Of a DNA stretch of 64,000 bases, positions 38,549-47,636 are shown piece by piece. The DNA lies in the NCBI GenBank assembly GCA_963674865.2, contig CAXXYE010000010.1:70732-134731 (forward strand). The letters run 5' to 3'. The stretch comes from Candidatus Hydrogenedentota bacterium. Its GTDB lineage: Bacteria; Hydrogenedentota; Hydrogenedentia; Hydrogenedentales; SLHB01. The translations under genes and the position numbers were made by a program. How positions within the stretch are numbered: position 1 is the stretch's first letter; the number at the start of each line of letters is the position of its first letter. The notes beneath the pieces are model-generated. The model saw nothing but the letters and a program-made list of their open reading frames with translations. It was not told the origin of the DNA and did no database searches.

Positions 38549-38968
38549 CTACTCAGGGGCGATGGCAGCGATAGTCAGCAGTAGATTGGCGTAAAGGCGC
38601 TGTTCGCCCGTCACAATCTGGAGGCACGTGTCCGGCCCGCTCGCCTCCTCGTAGAACTCAAACCGACTCAGCTTGGTAAGTTCCATATCGGGCATGAGAC
38701 TCCTGAATTCCTGGAAGACGGGAGGCTCGGCCCCTGAATCGGGTTGCATGACAGCGGCCTCTTCCACGGGGATGGCCGTGAGGAGGATGTCCAGCACCTC
38801 CGTGACGGTAGGCTTGCCCGGCGCCAGATTCAGGAATACCAGGGCGGCGTTTTCGCCGAGCCTTGTACCTGCGGGGTAGTTGCCGTCGGCGAGCATTATC
38901 TTCGATCCGTGGCCCGCGGAGGCCAAGGCTTCCAGAATCTCCGGGTGGATCAGTCGTTGTTTGAGCAT
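38549..38968 (-). CDS. RbsD/FucU-family sugar mutarotase
   Basis: MLKQRLIHPEIL, GHGSKIMLADGNYP, RFEFYE, TGEQRLYAN. Confidence 0.88.
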   Translation of the reverse strand: MLKQRLIHPEILEALASAGHGSKIMLADGNYPAGTRLGENAALVFLNLAPGKPTVTEVLDILLTAIPVEEAAVMQPDSGAEPPVFQEFRSLMPDMELTKLSRFEFYEEASGPDTCLQIVTGEQRLYANLLLTIAAIAPE

Positions 38969-39166
38969 CTTTCCCTCCGTGGTGAACGTGCTATTCTTTT
39001 CTGGGCTGTAAGCGTCGGCTGCACTGACAAGCAGCGTCTTTTTCCTGCGTACGGATGATAGTACGGAAGTCAGAAGGCATGCAAGGAAATCCCGCGCGGC
39101 CTCGATTTCGCTCTCAATCACGCGATATCGCGCTCGAAAATCAACAAAAAGGCGCGGAAACGGGCG

Positions 39167-39898
39167 TTATTGCTTTCCCTGGCCCCCGCGGAAGCGGTGC
39201 AGCAGTACCTCTCTGAACCAAAGCCCGATGAGCTGCCGGGCGACGCGTGCCAGGCGGCGGAAGTTGAAGAACTGCGACTTGCCGTGGGCGCGCTGATAGT
39301 GGTGGACGGCCACCTCTTTGATCCGGAAGCCGGCCCGCTGCACCTTTGTCATCAATTCGGCGCAGATGATCCCGCTGTCGCTCGTGAGTTGCACCTTGTC
39401 GAAGATGGATCGGCGCATGAGGCGGAAATCACAGTCCACGTCGCGCAACCTCAAGCCAAACGCGATCTTCACCATCCAGTGGTAGATGCGGCCGATGACG
39501 ATCCGGTGAAGAGGATCATGCCGCTCGATCTTGTAGCCTTGGACGACGTCTACATCCGGCCCGGCATGGGCCAACAGCACTTCAAGCTCACGCACATCGT
39601 ACTGCGCGTCCCCGTCGGTGTAGAAGATCCAGTCCTTCGTCGCGGACGCGAATCCCGTTCGCAGGGCGCCGCCGTATCCCCGGTTCCTCTCATGCCGTAC
39701 CACCCGCACATCCGGGAAATGCGCCTCGACGGCCCGCAGAATATCCTGCGTTTGCCCGCCGCTCCCGTCGTCGACAATGGTGATATCGTAGTCCAGCCCG
39801 AGTTTCTCGGCCGTTTGAAGCGTGAAAAGCACCATGCTCCCTATCGTTCCCCAGTCCTGGTAGCAGGGATAGAAGATCGATACGGAACGTTTAGTCAT
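39167..39898 (-). CDS. GT2 glycosyltransferase (polyprenol-phosphate sugar synthase-like)
   Basis: VDDGS, NRGYGGAL, TDGDAQYD, DVDCDFRL. Confidence 0.88.
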   Translation of the reverse strand: MTKRSVSIFYPCYQDWGTIGSMVLFTLQTAEKLGLDYDITIVDDGSGGQTQDILRAVEAHFPDVRVVRHERNRGYGGALRTGFASATKDWIFYTDGDAQYDVRELEVLLAHAGPDVDVVQGYKIERHDPLHRIVIGRIYHWMVKIAFGLRLRDVDCDFRLMRRSIFDKVQLTSDSGIICAELMTKVQRAGFRIKEVAVHHYQRAHGKSQFFNFRRLARVARQLIGLWFREVLLHRFRGGQGKQ

Positions 39899-41627
39899 GG
39901 CCTTCGTTCCTGCTTGGTGGCTGCTCGGTAACCTCTGCCACGGCGCCGGAGCGCAAGATGGCGTACCTGCCGATGGCTTTGTCGGGGCACTGGCCTTCGA
40001 GCAGGTTCGGCTGGACGCGTTTGTCCACGACGATCATGTCATAGAATCCCAAGCCCTCCGGAATGGCTTCCAGGACGGTTGTGTTGCGGGCGGACAGGAA
40101 GTTCAAGGCTCGTTGCACCGGCCAATGGGTCGTGGCAATTCGCACGCTCGTGGGATACTCCGCCACGTATTGTGCCAAGGCTCTCTCGTCCTGCATCTGA
40201 TCGGCTGTATACACGAGCTTCACCTGTTCCAGCGTCCACGCCGCCGGTGCGGCGGCTACGAGCAAGGCGAGCACGCCGTAGAGAAGGCGCCCGGAAGCAC
40301 CTGACGGCCCGCGCAAGGCCCGCGCCGCCAAGGCGTACAGGAGGGGGCCTCCAAACACCCCGGCAATCGCCCAACTGTACCACGTGTACCGCGGGATGTG
40401 TCCATCCGTGAAGCCTACCCACCAGTAGGCCAGAAATGGCGCCGCCAGGAAGAGCACCACGGCCGGTGGGTCGTAGTGTCTATGGAAAACCACCGGCGTT
40501 GCGGCGGCCAATGCCGCGAGGCCGGCCAGCGCGCCAAGCAGGCGCGTGGGGGAGGAGACTATCCACGTCAATGGGCCGCCCATTGATCGGATGCCGAACA
40601 TCAAGTAATGCCTATAGTATGCCAGGGTGCCCGTTGCCGCGGCGGCGGCGTCCTGCCGGCAGAGGGTTTTCGCAAACCACCACGCGGCGCAAACGGCCAG
40701 GCAGCCGGCGGCGGGGCCCGCGATGTGCCGCCAATGGATGCGCCGGAAGGTGAGGCGGTCGAACACGTACGCGCCCAGGAGCGGGCATACCACGACGAGC
40801 ACGAAAGGTTTGGCGAGGATTGCCAGGCCGAACGCCGCGCCCGCCGCGACGGAGGACGCGCTCACCCGCTCCCGCTCGAGTGCGTGTCGCCAGAGGATCA
40901 AGCCTGCGACAAGGAATAGCAGGGCCGGCGCCTCGCCGTAAAGCGTGCGGCCAAGATAGACGGAGCCCCACGCCATCGTCACCAGGGCGGCCGAGACGGC
41001 CGCCGCCCTCGCCCCGCAAAGCGGCCTGGAGAACACATAGACTGCGCCGCAGAGCAGCAGGAAGAACAGGCCCATGGCCGCGCGGCCGGCTTCGAGTGTG
41101 GCTCCCGCTGCGCGGAACGCCCCGGCCACCGGCCCGATGACGGCCGGCCCCACCGAATCGTACGGATCGAAATCGACGAAATCCCTGTCAGGGTGTCCCG
41201 AAGCGTAGCGGCCGTATTCCGCCAGATTCCGGGCCACGATGAGGTGGTGCAATTCGTCCGGCTCGGCTTTGGGATAATGCGCAATCCTTGGAAGAACCAA
41301 GAAGGCCGTCGCCAAGAGCACGGCCGTCAACGCGGCCCGCTCAGGCCATCCCCGCTCCGGAACCGCCCTGGCTGACGGCCTATCGCCGAGCAGCAATCCA
41401 TGCAGCATCCGGCGAAGGAGTCCAAACGCCGCCGCCGTGACGCAAAGGAAGAACACGCCCTTGAGTGCGAGGCGCAATACCAGGGTCGGCTCGTGTCCCG
41501 GCTCTTTCAGAATGAGCAGGACGATCAGGATTGCGGAAGCCGCCGCCGTGAACGCCGCGCACACGAATGCCACAAGCACGAGAACCGCCAAGACAAGTCG
41601 CTTGTAGCCTACACCCGCCCGCCCCAC
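39891..41627 (-). CDS. GT-C (ArnT/PMT-like) membrane glycosyltransferase
   Basis: Many TMs, PDELHH luminal motif, YGEAP, GLAILAK; coupled to the GT2 gene; start uncertain. Confidence 0.75.
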   Translation of the reverse strand: MGRAGVGYKRLVLAVLVLVAFVCAAFTAAASAILIVLLILKEPGHEPTLVLRLALKGVFFLCVTAAAFGLLRRMLHGLLLGDRPSARAVPERGWPERAALTAVLLATAFLVLPRIAHYPKAEPDELHHLIVARNLAEYGRYASGHPDRDFVDFDPYDSVGPAVIGPVAGAFRAAGATLEAGRAAMGLFFLLLCGAVYVFSRPLCGARAAAVSAALVTMAWGSVYLGRTLYGEAPALLFLVAGLILWRHALERERVSASSVAAGAAFGLAILAKPFVLVVVCPLLGAYVFDRLTFRRIHWRHIAGPAAGCLAVCAAWWFAKTLCRQDAAAAATGTLAYYRHYLMFGIRSMGGPLTWIVSSPTRLLGALAGLAALAAATPVVFHRHYDPPAVVLFLAAPFLAYWWVGFTDGHIPRYTWYSWAIAGVFGGPLLYALAARALRGPSGASGRLLYGVLALLVAAAPAAWTLEQVKLVYTADQMQDERALAQYVAEYPTSVRIATTHWPVQRALNFLSARNTTVLEAIPEGLGFYDMIVVDKRVQPNLLEGQCPDKAIGRYAILRSGAVAEVTEQPPSRNEGHD

Positions 41628-41811
41628 GGCGGGACGACGGCCCGAATCCGCCCTCTCTCCCTTGCTATGCCCAGTCAACGCGTGCCCCCAATGCCCGCCT
41701 TCCGCCCAGCGGCCTTTATGCTTGGGTGATCCCGCATAGGTCGAGTATAGCCTTGGCGCAGGCGTGAGGGAAGGTTCTTCCAATGCCGATACGTTCCGGC
41801 GGCCATGGATA

Positions 41812-41933
41812 GCGTGGCCCCGGTAGCGGGAGGCGGGCACATAGTCCTTCTCTGGATTGCCGGGATACCTCTTCGCCGGAACCAGTTCCAGCTCGCCATC
41901 AATCAATGGGCCCGGCTCGTGAAACTCGAACAC
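41812..41933 (-). pseudogene. Probable remnant of a GNAT acetyltransferase (internally deleted)
   Basis: GAGGGG SD and GTG; FEFHEPGPLIDGELELV...YPGNPEKDYVPA joined to YRGH, resembling the N-terminus and acetyl-CoA motif of a GNAT family (recognised from memory). Confidence 0.4.
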
Positions 41934-42056
41934 GACAGAATCCCCTCGCCGCACGCGCGGTTGGTGCGGCGAGTACTGCACGGAAGCGACGGCAGGCAGA
42001 CCTCACTCGCTTGCCGCGACAGGCCAGCGTCTCCGGTTGCCGTCCTCGGGGGAGCA

Positions 42057-43607
42057 TCAGGCTCCACCCTTCGCGTGCTTAATCAGAAGTTGCTCCAGAG
42101 GCCCTGGCTCGGGGACGGTTCCGAGAAAGAACCGCCTTTCGTCGGGAGGGAATCGACGTGTGGCAAACACGAAAGCATATCGTGTCCACGGATCCATGCT
42201 TCTCAAGTGTTCCTTTTGTTCGCGGAGCCAATCGACTCCGCCCCCGGCCTCGGCGGCAAGTAGGATCTCCCGGCGAACAAATGGCGGCGCGCTACTGTAG
42301 CGAGAAACGAGCTGCGGCAGATGGTTGAGTTGGACAACCCTACCGAAAAGGGCCAGGAGCGAAAGTTGGAAATACTCATTGGCAGCCACGCATGGCTGTT
42401 GCAGCGCATCAAGCAGGAGGTCGCCGATGTCCAGCCACCGAATGTCGTTTTCGGCCCTGCCAACCGAGATAAGGTAGTGACATAACTCGCTTATTGCGGG
42501 AAGGAGCTGTTTGAACGCCCTTAGGCAAAACGACAGCGCGGCAGGATGTCCAACTTGCGCCAGTCTGCGAAGGAACCACCTCAACCTAACATAGTCTGGC
42601 GGCTCGGCTCCTAGGTAGTCGCCGAGAATCTTCTCTACGGCCTCGACGGAGAACGCACGTAGTTCCTCGTCGGAAAGCTCACTGAGTAACACGGTTTGGT
42701 AGGGATTCCCTCCCGAGTGTCTTTGGATTATGTTGACTATCATACGCTCAAGGTCATTTATGGGACGATCCTCGAGCATCTGTGTACACAGTGTCTGAAA
42801 CTCGGCAGTATCGAGGATTCTGCTCTTGGTATTCTGCAAGTGCAGTCGTTGCTGCTTATCCAGGACTTCTGCGAGAGAATACATGGCAGATCGGGCCTCT
42901 TCTTCCGAGGAGGCGAAGACAGCGATGTCGTCCACGAACCGCGCGAACCGGATTCCGCGCGTGTGCAGGCTATTGTCGACCGGGATGAGTGAGGCCTCCG
43001 CCAGGAGATGTGTCCAATGAGGTCCTACCGGAATACCTCGTGAGACTTTCGCGGAAACCGATTCCAGGAGTCGCAGGACTAGTCTGATTGCTTGATTCTT
43101 CCATTTTGCCTCAATCAGTTGGTTCTCGACCACGTGGTGGGACACTTGGTTGTAGAAGTCTGCGATGTCTGCAACGAGAACGACCGGAAACTCCTTCGAC
43201 ATCCGCTCGCAGTGCTTCCAGAACTCGTTCCAGGCACTTGGCTCTGAGTACAGTTGGCCATCAGGCGATGGCGCGAAGCGATAGCTGAAAACTGAGTTTT
43301 CGGAGCGTGGGCGTCGTCGTTCCTCAATGTCTTTTCCAGACTCCCAGATGAGGGCGGTAATGAGGACGCTGTCGAGCGGCTCAAGCTGTGTGGCCTGCCG
43401 GTAGGACAGGTCGGCCTTAGGAACGATAAACCGACGAGCGGGACCAGGAATGTGGTTTGAGATGTCTATTTCTGACAACAGAGACACGCTTTCATCCAGG
43501 CCGGCGCAAAGCACGTCCAGTTCGATGGGATGCGGAAAGAGGTCAGTGTCGCCGAGGCGGGCAAGTGAGCCGAGTGCCCATCGCAAGGATTCTGTGCGTA
43601 GTTTCAT
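42057..43607 (-). CDS. Stand-alone reverse transcriptase of the UG/Abi type with an alpha-helical C-terminal domain (candidate defence RT)
   Basis: RT motifs RRFIVPK...YRQAT, VFSYRF, ADIADFYNQV, GIPVGP...LLAEASL, RFVDD, LHLQNTKS; about 220 aa Leu-rich helical tail; no group II intron, retron or DGR context. Confidence 0.88.
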   Translation of the reverse strand: MKLRTESLRWALGSLARLGDTDLFPHPIELDVLCAGLDESVSLLSEIDISNHIPGPARRFIVPKADLSYRQATQLEPLDSVLITALIWESGKDIEERRRPRSENSVFSYRFAPSPDGQLYSEPSAWNEFWKHCERMSKEFPVVLVADIADFYNQVSHHVVENQLIEAKWKNQAIRLVLRLLESVSAKVSRGIPVGPHWTHLLAEASLIPVDNSLHTRGIRFARFVDDIAVFASSEEEARSAMYSLAEVLDKQQRLHLQNTKSRILDTAEFQTLCTQMLEDRPINDLERMIVNIIQRHSGGNPYQTVLLSELSDEELRAFSVEAVEKILGDYLGAEPPDYVRLRWFLRRLAQVGHPAALSFCLRAFKQLLPAISELCHYLISVGRAENDIRWLDIGDLLLDALQQPCVAANEYFQLSLLALFGRVVQLNHLPQLVSRYSSAPPFVRREILLAAEAGGGVDWLREQKEHLRSMDPWTRYAFVFATRRFPPDERRFFLGTVPEPGPLEQLLIKHAKGGA

Positions 43608-43651
43608 GGATTCCTAGCCTTCTTCGGGACCTCGAGTCCCTGTATACAGGC

Positions 43652-43680
43652 AGTTTAACACTTAGCGTGCGAAGTCCCAA
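43652..43680 (-). promoter_or_regulatory. Candidate promoter of the RT gene
   Basis: Minus strand TTGGGA-17 nt-TAAACT with an extended -10 TG, about 45 nt before the ATG. Confidence 0.45.
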
Positions 43681-43850
43681 TCCTATGCCGATTGTATGCA
43701 CTGGCCAGTCTAGCATGGCATTGCCCCCTCCGAGTAATGCCGGGCCCCTTCGCCCCAAGAGGCGCTCCCCTCAATTAGCTTGACGGTTGAGCCGCGGCGC
43801 GGCAGTTGCTATGTTGGTGGCGACGTCATCGCACTCTTGAGGGATAGCCT

Positions 43851-44828
43851 ATGTCGGACAAGGGCCTTTTCGCCCAGAATGTCATAGCCATCGTCTGGGA
43901 TTTCGATCGCACGCTCTCGCCGCATTACATGCAGAAGCCTCTTTTCGAGGCTTATGGGGTCGACGAGGACGCCTTCTGGGCCGAAGTGCAGCGACTCCCC
44001 GCGTATTACGCACGCGCGGGCGTCCACGTCCAGCGGGATACGTGCTATCTAGGGCACCTCCTATCGTACGTGAAACACGGCCGCCTCCCAGGCCTTACCA
44101 ATGCCAAGCTGCGCGAGTTCGGCGGGGCCATCGAGTTTTTCCCAGGTATCCCGCAGTTTCTGTCGGACTTGGCGGAGGTGTTGGCCGCCCCGGCCTTTCG
44201 CCTTGGCGAACTCCGGCTCGAGCACTATGTGGCAAGTACGGGACTGGCCGAGATGATCCGCGGCACCGCCGTCGCGCCGCTTCTCGAAGGCATCTACGCC
44301 AGCGAGTTCATCGAAGTGCCCGCGGCCCCGGGCGCGGATCTCGATGCTGTGCCTGAACCTGGGCCTATCGGGCAGATCGCCGGTTTCCTCAATAATACGA
44401 CGAAAACGCGCGCCCTCTTCGAGATCAATAAAGGCGTGAACAAGCTGGACAGCATCAGCGTCAACGATAACATCCCCGAAAACGAGCGGCGGGTGCCCTT
44501 CAAGAACATGATCTACGTCGCCGACGGCCCAAGCGATGTCCCGTCTTTCTCGGTGGTGAAAAGAAGCGGCGGCCTAACCTACGCCGTCTATGACAGCGAC
44601 TCCGAGCAGCAATTCGCCCAGGCCGTCCGGCTCCACGAGAACGGGCGCGTCCACATGATAGGGCCCGCCGATTACCGCCCCGGCACCCAGACGGATAAGT
44701 GGTTTCGCCTTCAGATCAAGGCCATCGCGGAGCGTATGATAGCCGAACGCCGTAGCGCTACGGAGCGGCAAATCGGCAAGGAACCCGTCCACCTGTCCGA
44801 CAGCGGCGACGCAGAGCGTCAGGAATAG
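43851..44828 (+). CDS. HAD-superfamily hydrolase
   Basis: Motif I WDFDRTL, motif II STG, KTRALFEINKG, motif IV YVADGPSD. Confidence 0.85.
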   Translation: MSDKGLFAQNVIAIVWDFDRTLSPHYMQKPLFEAYGVDEDAFWAEVQRLPAYYARAGVHVQRDTCYLGHLLSYVKHGRLPGLTNAKLREFGGAIEFFPGIPQFLSDLAEVLAAPAFRLGELRLEHYVASTGLAEMIRGTAVAPLLEGIYASEFIEVPAAPGADLDAVPEPGPIGQIAGFLNNTTKTRALFEINKGVNKLDSISVNDNIPENERRVPFKNMIYVADGPSDVPSFSVVKRSGGLTYAVYDSDSEQQFAQAVRLHENGRVHMIGPADYRPGTQTDKWFRLQIKAIAERMIAERRSATERQIGKEPVHLSDSGDAERQE

Positions 44829-44923
44829 CCGAACGCCGCGCCTAGGAACCTGGCCAGAGAGCGCTTGTATGTCCAGAATCCGCACGTAAGCGTGGTTCTG
44901 CATCCCAAGCCCGCGCGCCGGAG

Positions 44924-44945
44924 GCAGGCAGGATGCCTGCGCCAC
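44924..44945. repeat. REP-like palindrome
   Basis: GCAGGCA-gga-TGCCTGC followed by GCCAC (GTGG cap on the minus strand); intergenic between convergent genes. Confidence 0.4.
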
Positions 44946-45146
44946 AATCTCCGGCGCGCTCGCCATTTGTCAAGAACCGCTTGCCAAAGTCCTGAGAAGG
45001 GCCCTATTGTGGTGCGGGCTTGCAGCCTGCATATTCCCGCGATTGGCGTGAAACCTGCCCGGCTTACCTGCCGATTTGGGTATGTTCTTCCATCTTGACG
45101 CCGAGAACCTTCGTGCCCGTTGTACGGTGGCTTTCTGGCCGCATCC

Positions 45147-46121
45147 TTAGATGGGCTCTCCCGGCCAGTCGGCGGGCTTGTCCTGGAACACCGCGAAGTG
45201 GCCGCGGGGTGTGGCCAAGTAATCGCGAGCTTCCTTGAGCTGGCCGATGCCGGAATACCGGGAATTGACGCCCGCTACCACGCTTGCACAGGCCAGTGCC
45301 GTGGCCGGGTCGTCGTGCGTCAGCATGCCGATCAGGAATCCCGCGGAGAAGCTATCGCCGCAGCCTGTCGTGTCCACCGCCTTCTTCGGCGGCAGCACGT
45401 CGATGTCGATCAGGAAGAAGTCGTCGTCCTTGCGATGAACCATCACCGCGCCCTCCGGTCCGAGTGTTACCGACACCGCTCTCGGGCCGGCCGCGCAGAT
45501 CTCCTTGGCCGCCGCGATGTAGTCCTGCCGCGTCGTCACGCTCCGCTCGAACATGGCGTCCACCTCGAATTCGTTGCACTGCACCGTGTCGAAGTGGGCC
45601 CCCCAGTCCGGCCACTCCTGGAAGCCGACGCACGAGCGCGTCCCGTCCTCGTGCCATTCCGAGATGGCGTTATGCACGTCGAGGGATAGTAGGCCGGAGA
45701 ACTGCGCCCGGAATGCCGCCAGTGTCTTGATGTCCAGTTCCGTGCCGTGGATGAAGTTGACGTGGACGCCGTCGCAGTCGCCCGCCTTGGCCAAGGTCGG
45801 CAGATCGTAGGGAGGCATCCGGTAGAGGGCCTTTTCATCCCGCTTCGCTTCCGTTAGCCACGTGAGCGCCACGTGCATCAGGTGTCCCGGCGTCTTGGTG
45901 AGTCCGGACACATCCACGTGCGGCATGCCTGAAAACGCCGCTAGAACCGCGTCGTAGCGATCCTCGCCCACGTTGGACAGCGGCAGCACGGCGTCGCCGT
46001 CTCCAAGGACGCTTGACAGCGCCGCCGCGTTATACGTGATCCCGCCGAAGCTTTCGCGGCGGCTCCCGTCAAGCAGCAGAATTTCGTCGAAGCAGATGGT
46101 GCCGAGTACGCCAATCTTCAT
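45147..46121 (-). CDS. PfkB/ribokinase-family carbohydrate kinase
   Basis: GGITYN, NEFE, VTLGPEG, VDTTGCGDSFSAGF. Confidence 0.9.
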   Translation of the reverse strand: MKIGVLGTICFDEILLLDGSRRESFGGITYNAAALSSVLGDGDAVLPLSNVGEDRYDAVLAAFSGMPHVDVSGLTKTPGHLMHVALTWLTEAKRDEKALYRMPPYDLPTLAKAGDCDGVHVNFIHGTELDIKTLAAFRAQFSGLLSLDVHNAISEWHEDGTRSCVGFQEWPDWGAHFDTVQCNEFEVDAMFERSVTTRQDYIAAAKEICAAGPRAVSVTLGPEGAVMVHRKDDDFFLIDIDVLPPKKAVDTTGCGDSFSAGFLIGMLTHDDPATALACASVVAGVNSRYSGIGQLKEARDYLATPRGHFAVFQDKPADWPGEPI

Positions 46122-46286
46122 GGATATCTCCTCACGGTGTATCGTTTATCGGGGCGAAGCAATCCCGTCCAATAATCTGATCGTGGCGAAGGCCTATTTC
46201 TACCGCATTTCACGTGGTAATTCCAAGGGGAAACGCGCCCCACGCCGCGCACCGTTTAATGCTCGGGATGCTGCTGGTATACTCCC

Positions 46287-47636
46287 GTGATTATGGCTGA
46301 TCCCCTCGTCTACGTCGTGGTTGTCACATGCAATGGCAAGGAGCATCTGGGCGACTGCTTCGGCTCCCTCCTTGCCGGCTCCTACAGCCACTGCCGGTTT
46401 GTTCTTATGGACAACGACAGTCACGACGGCTCGCCCGCTTTCGTGCGCGATTCATTCGGGCACGACGCTCGCGTCGAAGTGGTCGAGTGCGGGGAGAACC
46501 TGGGGTGGTGCCGCGCAGGAAACGCGGGCCTGCGGCGCGCGTTGGAGGCCGGCGCGGACTATGCGCTGCTCCTGAATGATGATACCGCCGTTGCGGAAGA
46601 TGCTATCGCGCGGCTCGTCGAGGCGGCCCAGCGGCAGCCGGCTACCGGCGCCTTGGCGCCGAAGATGCTTTTCTTCGCCGATGGCCAGTTGCTTAACTCC
46701 ATCGGCATCGAGTGCTCAATCATCGGTAGCGCCTGGGATCGCGCCTTCGGGCGCCTCGACGCGCCCCGATGGGATGAAGAGCGCGCCGTACTCGGCGCCT
46801 GCGGCGGCGCGTGCTTCTTGCGGGCCGATGCCCTCAGCAAGGCCGGCCTCATGCCTGAGGACTGGGGCTACTACTTGGACGACGTCGACCTCGCGATGCG
46901 GATCTGGGATGCAGGCTACGAAGTGCGCACCTGTCCGGAAGCCGTCGTCCGGCACAAGTTCAGCGCGACATTTGGCGGCGCGAGCGTCTCCCGCGTCAAG
47001 TACTACTGGAACACGAGAAATCGTATGCGGGTGATCCTGCGCAACTTCCCGCTGTCGAAGGCCGGGCGGGTTTTGCCGGCCCTTATCGAAGGGGAAGGAC
47101 GCGCCCTTGGCCGTGCCCTTCTGGATCGCGCCTACGGCCAGTTCTGGGCGCATCTGTCGGCTTGGGCTTCGGCGCTTTTGTATGTGCCTCAAGACCTGGC
47201 CGAGCGCAGGCGCAGGCGTAAGCAGGGCATGAGCAAGGCCCTGTTCTGGCCGATGGTGCGCCGGCGTCCGCTGTTTTTCGGGGGCGTTGAGTTGCCGCAG
47301 AACGGGTGGTACGCGCCCCGCGAGATCAACGGCATGATTCTGCGGCCCATGGCCCGGCGAGCCACCTACAAGACGGGCGCGGCACGGCTTCGCCTCAACC
47401 ACGCCAACCCCTTTCCTCACTTGGGGGCAACCGATATCCACGTCATGGCCGGCGATCAGCGTATCGCCGTGCTGTCTACGGATGGCCGCGGCGAGGAGGT
47501 CATCGACGTCCCCGGGGCAGTTGTCGAATTCAGGGCGCAGCGCATTTTCGAGGCGGAGGACACCGGAGAGTCGGTGGATGTGGGCGGTTGGATTGGCATC
47601 GAACCTTTTGGCGACGACTCGGGAGGAATGGAATAA
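46287..47636 (+). CDS. GT2 glycosyltransferase with a C-terminal extension
   Basis: DNDSHDGS, NLGWCRAGN, LLNDD, YLDDVDL. Confidence 0.85.
   Translation: MIMADPLVYVVVVTCNGKEHLGDCFGSLLAGSYSHCRFVLMDNDSHDGSPAFVRDSFGHDARVEVVECGENLGWCRAGNAGLRRALEAGADYALLLNDDTAVAEDAIARLVEAAQRQPATGALAPKMLFFADGQLLNSIGIECSIIGSAWDRAFGRLDAPRWDEERAVLGACGGACFLRADALSKAGLMPEDWGYYLDDVDLAMRIWDAGYEVRTCPEAVVRHKFSATFGGASVSRVKYYWNTRNRMRVILRNFPLSKAGRVLPALIEGEGRALGRALLDRAYGQFWAHLSAWASALLYVPQDLAERRRRRKQGMSKALFWPMVRRRPLFFGGVELPQNGWYAPREINGMILRPMARRATYKTGAARLRLNHANPFPHLGATDIHVMAGDQRIAVLSTDGRGEEVIDVPGAVVEFRAQRIFEAEDTGESVDVGGWIGIEPFGDDSGGME

Noticed and set aside
39891..41981. The 696-aa ORF taken as one protein
   Set aside because: The first ~120 aa look like remnant and intergenic sequence; the membrane protein likely starts near 41627
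42057..43850. Retron, group II intron or DGR interpretation of the RT
   Set aside because: No clear a1/a2 repeats or msr-msd, no VTG motif, no intron domain V or maturase domain, and no TR/VR pair or avd seen
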